A stretch of DNA of 64,000 nucleotides, from positions 576,001 through 640,000 of the forward strand of contig CAWHXY010000007.1 of NCBI GenBank assembly GCA_963833575.1, in the 5' to 3' direction. A program made the translations under genes and the position numbers. The notes below the pieces were generated by a model. That model was not told the origin of the DNA. It saw nothing but the letters and a program-made list of their open reading frames with translations, and made no database searches. The DNA is from Candidatus Bathyarchaeota archaeon. GTDB taxonomy: Archaea > Thermoproteota > Bathyarchaeia > Bathyarchaeales > Bathycorpusculaceae. This document shows, one piece after another, positions 57,372 to 64,000 of this stretch (positions are counted from its first letter, which is position 1; each line of letters opens with the position of its first letter).

Positions 57372-58993
57372 TCACTATCTACCTTACCATCGTTCGAATT
57401 TATTAACCAGTTCCTAGACCTACAAACCGTTTTTCCAGCAAACTTAAACTGCAAACAATCCTCATATGGACACATCTCAATGCAGCGCAAACACCAGATA
57501 CACTGGGATGAAGCCACATCTCCACTTTTTTGCTCATACACTTCTTTGTCTTGGGTCGGGCAAACTCTCTTGCAAATACCACATTTCTTGCATTTCTCAG
57601 ATTGCTTATTCAAGCGCACGCCGGAAATCCATTTGAACGGCGGAAACCTGTTAAACAGCGCTATCAAACCGCCTAAAGGGCAAATTCTACACCATGACCG
57701 CCTAAAGAAGAACGCAGCAATAGTGACAACGGCTAAAATAATTAGATTCTCAGAGGTTAAATAGAAACCAAGCTGGTAAAATGCGCCTCCAGTTGTTTGC
57801 GTGATCCAATCTGGCCTTTGCAAGCTCAATCCAACGTCTGCTAACATGCAAAATGGTTTCATAGGGCAAACTTGGCAAAACGGCGCTGAAAAGTAATTGT
57901 AGACAAAGCCTCCTTTTTGAGTTCCAGGCACCAATTGAGTTCCAGCAATGGCTTGTGAGCCGAAAATAATGCTGAGTATGATAATAAGCGCTAGGATAAG
58001 ATAGCTTAACTGGTGAAATCGTTCGTTAAACTTGTCTGAAAAGCTTCTCCGCTTAATCCTTAATACTCTTCTTAAACGAGTCATCAAATCCAAATACAAG
58101 CCAAACGGGCAGACCCACCCACAGAAGATTCTTCCAAGAATAACAGCCGACACAATCACAACACCAAAAACTATAGCTAATCTAGCCAAGCCAGTGGAGT
58201 CATAATGTACACCCCAACCTTCTCCAACATTAAAGAACGGGTAAAGATACGTTTGAATTTGCCAAAGAGCACAAGTAACGGTTCTACCGCAAGGATAATA
58301 GCATCCGAAGAAGGGCACCGGCAGCCCATCAGGCAGTGATACTCCAAAGGCGCTAGTTGCAACCAGTGAACTATGCGGAGACAGTTCCTCGATGGGCAAA
58401 GACAGGTATTGGTGGTCAATGAAGACGCCGAAGAAAATCAGAAATAAAACGCCTATCTGAAACAGGAGCCTAAACGAACTGATCTTTATGGTTTTATTTC
58501 TAACTCCCAAAACTGCTGTAGCAACACCTAAGCTAATCAAAGCCGCAGTTGCCCCAAATACCGAATAATTCGGATGATACACTAGCGGTATGGCAGGAGG
58601 AGGAGCAGTTGGGTTAGGGTTGGCTGGATCAGTTACCTGAGCGAATAATCTATCGGCAATAACGCCGTTTATAGCAAAAATGTTCCAGTATCCAGCTGTA
58701 TCGAGTTTTTCAGTAACACTAAAATTGCCAGTGGTAGGGTCAGATAAGACATCTTGCTCTAGGTATGAGAAGTCGGGTCGTGTATAAACTACTCTTACGT
58801 ACTTATTTTCACCTGGCGGACAAATTTGCCCTGTTACGGTGACGGTCTGGTTAACGTTAATTTGGGTCACGTTTATGTTGGCTGTTACGCATGGGCCGTA
58901 GCAAGAGTTGGCTAGTTGAACATAATCTACGCTGACAAGGTAAGTGGTGATTATGATTGCAACAGTTAAACAGAGAACAGTTCGTCTTTTAAT
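57368..58993 (-). CDS. NapH/MauN-like 4Fe-4S membrane protein with N-terminal extracellular domain
   Basis: GRIFCGWVCPFG, WCRICPLG, two CxxCxxCxxxCP; frame extends 41 codons upstream of GTG 58870 to ATT 58993 after GGTGA SD. Confidence 0.85.
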   Translation of the reverse strand: MKRRTVLCLTVAIIITTYLVSVDYVQLANSCYGPCVTANINVTQINVNQTVTVTGQICPPGENKYVRVVYTRPDFSYLEQDVLSDPTTGNFSVTEKLDTAGYWNIFAINGVIADRLFAQVTDPANPNPTAPPPAIPLVYHPNYSVFGATAALISLGVATAVLGVRNKTIKISSFRLLFQIGVLFLIFFGVFIDHQYLSLPIEELSPHSSLVATSAFGVSLPDGLPVPFFGCYYPCGRTVTCALWQIQTYLYPFFNVGEGWGVHYDSTGLARLAIVFGVVIVSAVILGRIFCGWVCPFGLYLDLMTRLRRVLRIKRRSFSDKFNERFHQLSYLILALIIILSIIFGSQAIAGTQLVPGTQKGGFVYNYFSAPFCQVCPMKPFCMLADVGLSLQRPDWITQTTGGAFYQLGFYLTSENLIILAVVTIAAFFFRRSWCRICPLGGLIALFNRFPPFKWISGVRLNKQSEKCKKCGICKRVCPTQDKEVYEQKSGDVASSQCIWCLRCIEMCPYEDCLQFKFAGKTVCRSRNWLINSNDGKVDSE

Positions 58994-59093
58994 GCAACCT
59001 CACCAACTGAGGTTCCTTCTAGACCTTTATTTGCTCATATGTTTTTGCAAATTACTGATCGGTTACTAGATATGCACCTTTGAGGAGAAAGGC

Positions 59094-60383
59094 CTATTCA
59101 AGGTGATACGCTTCTTCTCCATGTTGACTGATATCTAATCCGTCTTCTTCTTCTTTTGGACTAACTCGCAGTGGCGAAAATACGTCTACTAACCGCAGGA
59201 GCAAGTAAGAGCCGCCAAAAGCGAAGGCAGAAACAACTAGTACTGCAAGTACTTGTACACCAAGCAGAACAAGGTTTCCATCAACTAATCCGTGGACGAG
59301 AGGATTCACCAAAGCGGTTGCGAACAAGCCCACAGCAATAGCGCCGATTATCCCGCCGATTCCATGGCACGCAAAAACGTCCAATGTATCATCTATTCTT
59401 GATCTCCCTGCTCGCCAGTTAGCTACCAAGTTAGAAACTATGCCTGCTACTAAACCAATAATCACTGCTGCCATGAAGCTGACATATCCTGAAGCTGCAG
59501 TAATTGCTGCTAAACCGCATACTGCACCTACTGCAATACCTATCGCTGAAGGCTTGCCCTTTATTAGCCAATCCATTATCATCCAACTTACGGCTGCAGC
59601 GGCAGCTGCCAAATTGGTAACAACTACAGCTGAAACAGCAAGATTGTCGGCTGCTAACGCGCTACCGCCGTTGAAGCCGAACCAGCCGAACCACAGTAGA
59701 CCAGCGCCCAAAATTACATAGGGAATGTTTGTTGGTTTAAACTCCGTTCCCGCATTTGCCGGTTTACTTGCGCCTTTCTGGTCTAAGGCTTTAAGCTGAT
59801 CTTTCCAATAAACGACGCCTTTTCTTCGGCCAACAACAAGAGCAGCCGCCAACGCTGATAATCCTGCAGCTACGTGAACAACTATGCCGCCTGCAAAATC
59901 AACAGCACCCAACACATGAAGCCAACCGCCGACATTCCATATCCAGTGGGCAATCGGGGAGTAAACGAGAGTGGACCACAAAACAACAAAGATCAATAAT
60001 GATTTGAATTTGATTCTTTCTGCACATGCCCCTATAATTAGGGCTGGTGTGATAGCTGCAAACTTGAGTTGGAATGCAAAGAATAGAATTTCGGGAATAA
60101 GTGGCGCGTAGGATGTGTTAACTGTGTTTATTGTTATGCCGTTTAATCCAAATAAGCTCGGGCTGAAACCTATGATGCCACCTACAGTTTTTCCATAAAC
60201 GAAGCTGTAACCCCAGAAGAACCAGACGAGGCTAACTACTGCAAAAATAATGATGCATTGAACAAGAGTAGAAACCAGGTTTTTTCTTCGAACTAAACCA
60301 CCGTAAAAGAAAGCCAAGGCTGGAGTCATTAGCATTACTAGAGCTGTGGATGTTAGTACCCATGCGATGTCAGCTGCCGCCAT
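59094..60383 (-). CDS. amt: ammonium transporter, paralog 1
   Basis: LMTPALAFFYGG, DFAGGIVVH, WFGWFGFNGGS, DVFACHG; start at MAAADIAW. Confidence 0.95.
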   Translation of the reverse strand: MAAADIAWVLTSTALVMLMTPALAFFYGGLVRRKNLVSTLVQCIIIFAVVSLVWFFWGYSFVYGKTVGGIIGFSPSLFGLNGITINTVNTSYAPLIPEILFFAFQLKFAAITPALIIGACAERIKFKSLLIFVVLWSTLVYSPIAHWIWNVGGWLHVLGAVDFAGGIVVHVAAGLSALAAALVVGRRKGVVYWKDQLKALDQKGASKPANAGTEFKPTNIPYVILGAGLLWFGWFGFNGGSALAADNLAVSAVVVTNLAAAAAAVSWMIMDWLIKGKPSAIGIAVGAVCGLAAITAASGYVSFMAAVIIGLVAGIVSNLVANWRAGRSRIDDTLDVFACHGIGGIIGAIAVGLFATALVNPLVHGLVDGNLVLLGVQVLAVLVVSAFAFGGSYLLLRLVDVFSPLRVSPKEEEDGLDISQHGEEAYHLE

Positions 60384-60661
60384 TATCTCTCCCCTCTTTA
60401 GCGTTACTACTGATTGCTTGTTCATGCATCTTGGGAAAACTAATATTTAAACTAAGCATTCGATTCGATATTTGTTGTTATTATTGATAAATGCGCAGAA
60501 AAGCGCTTGCTTTACCGCCATTCTTTCAATATTTATTTTGAATGAAAGGATTTTATGGAAACATGTCCAAAAAAATGGGTTCAAAACTTCAGAATGTTCC
60601 AAGAAAAAAGTAAGTTAGAATTAAACTAAAAAAGAATATTTGTGAGGATTGGCTCGATCTC

Positions 60662-61951
60662 TCAATCGAGCTGATATGCTTCTTCGCCATGTTCGCTTAG
60701 GTCTAAGCCAGCGTCTTCTGCCTGTTCACTTACTCGTAGTGGTGAGAATATGTTCACCAATCTAAGCAATAAGTAGGAACCAAAGAACGCAAATGGAACT
60801 ACTACGCCGACTGCTGCTAACTGAACAAGCAACTGATGTGGATTTCCGAAGAGAGCACCGTTAACGCCGGGAACGCCTACTGTTGCACTGATAGCTGCTG
60901 AGGCGAAGAGTCCTGTTGCAATTGAACCCCATATTCCGCCGACACCATGGCAAGCAAACACATCTAGCGAATCATCCACACGCGATCGGCCTGCTCTCCA
61001 ATTTGCAACTAAGTTCGAGATAACTCCTGCTGCTAAGCCAATGATTAATGCTGATGAAACGCTGACGTACCCTGCTGCAGGTGTAATTGCGACCAATCCC
61101 ACCACAGCTCCAACAGCGATACCTGTTGCTGAAGGTTTCCCTTTGATTACCCAGTCTGAAAGCATCCAACTTACCGCAGCTGCCGCCGCCGCAAGATTTG
61201 TGGTTACAAGTGCTGAGACCGCTAAGTCATTTGCGGCTAACGCACTGCCCGCGTTGAAACCAAACCAGCCGAACCACAGAAGTGCAGCGCCGAGCAAAAC
61301 GTAAGGAATGTTTGTCGGTTTGAACTCGGTCGCGTTGTCTTTTTTGTCTAATGCTTTCATGGCGTTTTTCCATGGGACCGCACATCCTTTTCTTCTGCCC
61401 ACTACTAGTGCTGCGGCTAATGCCGAAAGGCCTGCTGAAATGTGGACTACGATGCCGCCTGCAAAGTCGATGGCTCCCAAGTTGTGTAGCCATCCGTTAG
61501 GGTTCCATACCCAGTGCGCTATTGGGACGTAGATAAGCGTAGACCAGAGAACCATGAATATGAGGAGCGATTTGAAGCGAATTCGTTCTGCGCAAGCGCC
61601 AATGATTAAGGCGGGTGTGATTGCTGCGAACTTTAGTTGAAATGCGAAGTATAGCAGTTCAGGGATTTGCGGCGCGAGTGATGTGTTAACCGCATGTATG
61701 TCTAGGCCGCTCATGCCTACTAAGCTTGGGCTAAAGCCGATTAAGCCGTTGATGCTGTTTCCAAAAACTAGGGCGTATCCCCAGAGTGCCCAGATAATGC
61801 TTACGACTGCGAATATTATGAAGCATTGTACGATTGTTGATACCAGGTTTTTCCTTCGTACTAGGCCTCCGTAGAAGAATCCTAGTGCTGGTGTCATTAG
61901 CATAACTAATGCTGTTGCCGTTAATACCCATGCTATGTCTCCTGATGCCAT
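60662..61951 (-). CDS. amt: ammonium transporter, paralog 2
   Basis: same motifs; twin His retained. Confidence 0.95.
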   Translation of the reverse strand: MASGDIAWVLTATALVMLMTPALGFFYGGLVRRKNLVSTIVQCFIIFAVVSIIWALWGYALVFGNSINGLIGFSPSLVGMSGLDIHAVNTSLAPQIPELLYFAFQLKFAAITPALIIGACAERIRFKSLLIFMVLWSTLIYVPIAHWVWNPNGWLHNLGAIDFAGGIVVHISAGLSALAAALVVGRRKGCAVPWKNAMKALDKKDNATEFKPTNIPYVLLGAALLWFGWFGFNAGSALAANDLAVSALVTTNLAAAAAAVSWMLSDWVIKGKPSATGIAVGAVVGLVAITPAAGYVSVSSALIIGLAAGVISNLVANWRAGRSRVDDSLDVFACHGVGGIWGSIATGLFASAAISATVGVPGVNGALFGNPHQLLVQLAAVGVVVPFAFFGSYLLLRLVNIFSPLRVSEQAEDAGLDLSEHGEEAYQLD

Positions 61952-62360
61952 TTTTCATCTTCCTTTTGACATTCGTTTAGTTCAGTAATTTTTGTCTATA
62001 CAACTACACGGACTTATATTTAAAATATGCTCATATGAAACACATGTTTGCTTATTGGTGTGCAATCGTTTACTTCAACATGCGTTAGCATTTTATCCAT
62101 TCAATTTTTCAAGTAAACAAAGCCTCACATTAAAAAAACGTTCAAAACTAAGTCGAAAACTGGAATATCTTAAGGATTACAAAAAGCATGAAATTTAACC
62201 TGTTTCACAAATTTACAGATTTAAATAAAAACAATCATTGAAATGAGAAATAGCATCTGTAAAATCAAATTTTCTGCTCCAAAAACAAAACTAATAATTT
62301 CAAGTTTTACAAGAAAACTTATAATGTAACCCCCGTTTCTTTGGGTAAGGCGCACAAGAT

Positions 62361-63266
62361 ATGAAGTTTGGCACATTTACTTTTCAACCCCAAAAACCTA
62401 AAGGTTTTGATTTTAGTGTTTTACGCGTAAAGCCTGAAACCGGAATAAGACTAACTCCAGTTCAAGACATGAACAGTAACATTGCTATTTTTGCTGACAA
62501 TGTCGCTGTGCAGAACCATCCTGATTGGATATCTCAGTCACCTTTGGGTCCTGCAAAAATGGGAAACGCCAACTATAACATTTACTGGGACGTTGTATGT
62601 GCCACGCAGCCCCAGCACCGAGCTGAACAATTGAATTACATATCTGATGTTGACCGACAATCGCCCGGCATATGGCTAAACAGTCAGTATTTTGCAGACC
62701 ATGGACACTGCACTTGTACTAGATGCACTGAGCTATGGAAAAAAAGCGGTTTAAGCTGGTTTGAATGGCGAAGAAAAGAAGTCACCAATTACATGGCTGA
62801 AGTGAGAGAGGTAGTTAAAAAAGAACTTGTCTTAAGTATTCAACCTGATCCCATAAGCTCATATGAACGGTATGGCGTAGATTTTGACGATTTGGCAAAG
62901 TACGCCGACGCTTTCAACGTTGTAATGTTCAGCAAAAACTACGCCACTCCCTGGTACTGGGAAATGCTTACCCGCGGATTTAAGAAACTGCTTAAAAAGC
63001 CATTCTACATTAGCCTCTACGTTTTTGGTCCAGGCGACATTCCAAAGGATGTACCAACTGCCTCAGAACTGTTAACTGTCACTGTGCGGTGTGCAAGAGT
63101 TGGCGCTGACGGTTTCCTTTTCCTCACCGATGGGGAAAGCCAGCTACGAGATTTCCAAAAAACAGCTCTCGAACAAGTTGAACTAAGACAGAGACTAAGA
63201 AATTATGGTGGCAAGCCGGTACAGGAATTTCTCGATTTTGTCTCAAGTTGGGAAAAAACAATCTAA
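62361..63266 (+). CDS. glycoside-hydrolase-like TIM-barrel protein with CxCxxC
   Basis: HPDW, GIWLN, CTCTRC, WRRKEVT, YGVDF..LAKYAD...VM. Confidence 0.6.
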   Translation: MKFGTFTFQPQKPKGFDFSVLRVKPETGIRLTPVQDMNSNIAIFADNVAVQNHPDWISQSPLGPAKMGNANYNIYWDVVCATQPQHRAEQLNYISDVDRQSPGIWLNSQYFADHGHCTCTRCTELWKKSGLSWFEWRRKEVTNYMAEVREVVKKELVLSIQPDPISSYERYGVDFDDLAKYADAFNVVMFSKNYATPWYWEMLTRGFKKLLKKPFYISLYVFGPGDIPKDVPTASELLTVTVRCARVGADGFLFLTDGESQLRDFQKTALEQVELRQRLRNYGGKPVQEFLDFVSSWEKTI

Positions 63267-63377
63267 TCTTTTTCTTAACGGAATTTCAGTTTCGACAAGT
63301 CGGTATCTTATTTAAAGATCCGTTATGTTTTTATTAAATCGTCAACACGATTAATTCAAGCTCTGGAGAATGTTAAT

Positions 63378-64000
63378 TTGGATTATACGTTTCTTTTAAA
63401 TTTCATTTTACAATTAGGTAAAGCAGTGATTGCTTTATTCATAATTGTTGATCCATTTGGAAACATTCCCATCTTTGTAGGCTTGACCGAGAATGTTCCT
63501 GAAGCACAAAGAAAAAAAATATACAACACCGCCGTAATAGTCGGGGTGATTCTATTGCTTGTTTTCGCTTTCACTGGTCAAGGAATTTTAACTCTTTTCG
63601 GGGTCTCGTTTCCCAGTTTTTATATCGCAGGGGGAATTTTGTTATTAATTGTTTCCATTAGAATTTTAATAACAGGTAGCATGCACGAGAATTTTGATTC
63701 TGTGGAGAGTTTAGGTGCAGTTCCCATAGCCATACCGCTTTTGGTAGGACCTGGCGCAATCACAACAACAATATTGGATCTTCAAATTTACGACATAACA
63801 ATAACTGTTTTAGCAGTTATATTGGTCTTAGCTTTAACATGGATTATTCTAAGGCATATCAATCAATTTTACAAATTATTGGGGAAAACTGGTTCTCTGG
63901 TTATAGCTAGAGTCATGGCACTACTTATTGCTGCGATTGCAGTTCAATATATCTTGACGGGGGTAACCCACTTTGGTAACTTGACGGGGGTAGCCCACTT
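63378..64000 (+). CDS. MarC family membrane protein (runs off window; absent from ORF track)
   Basis: TTG start, LFIIVDPFGNIPIF, IAGGILL, VPIAIPLLVGPGAITT, RVMALLIAAIAVQ. Confidence 0.88.
   Translation, partial: MDYTFLLNFILQLGKAVIALFIIVDPFGNIPIFVGLTENVPEAQRKKIYNTAVIVGVILLLVFAFTGQGILTLFGVSFPSFYIAGGILLLIVSIRILITGSMHENFDSVESLGAVPIAIPLLVGPGAITTTILDLQIYDITITVLAVILVLALTWIILRHINQFYKLLGKTGSLVIARVMALLIAAIAVQYILTGVTHFGNLTGVAH

Noticed and set aside
137-63574. Many short ORFs overlapping or antisense to called genes (e.g. 12454..12927, 36705..37259, 63383..63574)
   Set aside because: Shadow frames of well-supported genes; no independent motifs

Overview
AT-rich archaeal chromosome segment. Gene content (CTP-dependent RibK, RibL, Dph5, Rpo5, ApgM, large PQQ-type beta-propeller surface proteins, TupABC) suggests Bathyarchaeia; this placement is an inference. 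Most of the window is housekeeping: pckG, htpX, flavin and cobalamin genes, tatAC, thiolase/DUF35, tungstate and amino-acid ABC transporters, hcp, two amt. I saw no rRNA, tRNA, CRISPR array or transposase. The most unusual region is about 48.9-55.8 kb, a co-oriented array of mostly unrelated membrane/surface-protein genes. Its junctions carry five copies of a 30-bp triple box TTGACT-N6-AGTCAA-N6-TTGACT fused to a promoter, and four copies of a separate structured element lie within or beside it. It also shows shared 5' and 3' gene modules, frameshifted members and an inverted orphan anchor fragment. It looks like an integrase-less gene-cassette or shuffling system, or a dedicated regulon. Other highlights: a two-domain eukaryote-like RPB5/Rpo5, a standalone Hhe-like DUF4011 helicase-nuclease, a second triple-half-site motif before two secreted-protein genes, a 112-nt nested hairpin upstream of hcp, and a probable ATT-initiated twin-arginine Fe-S membrane protein. 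All calls are by eye; no searches were run.
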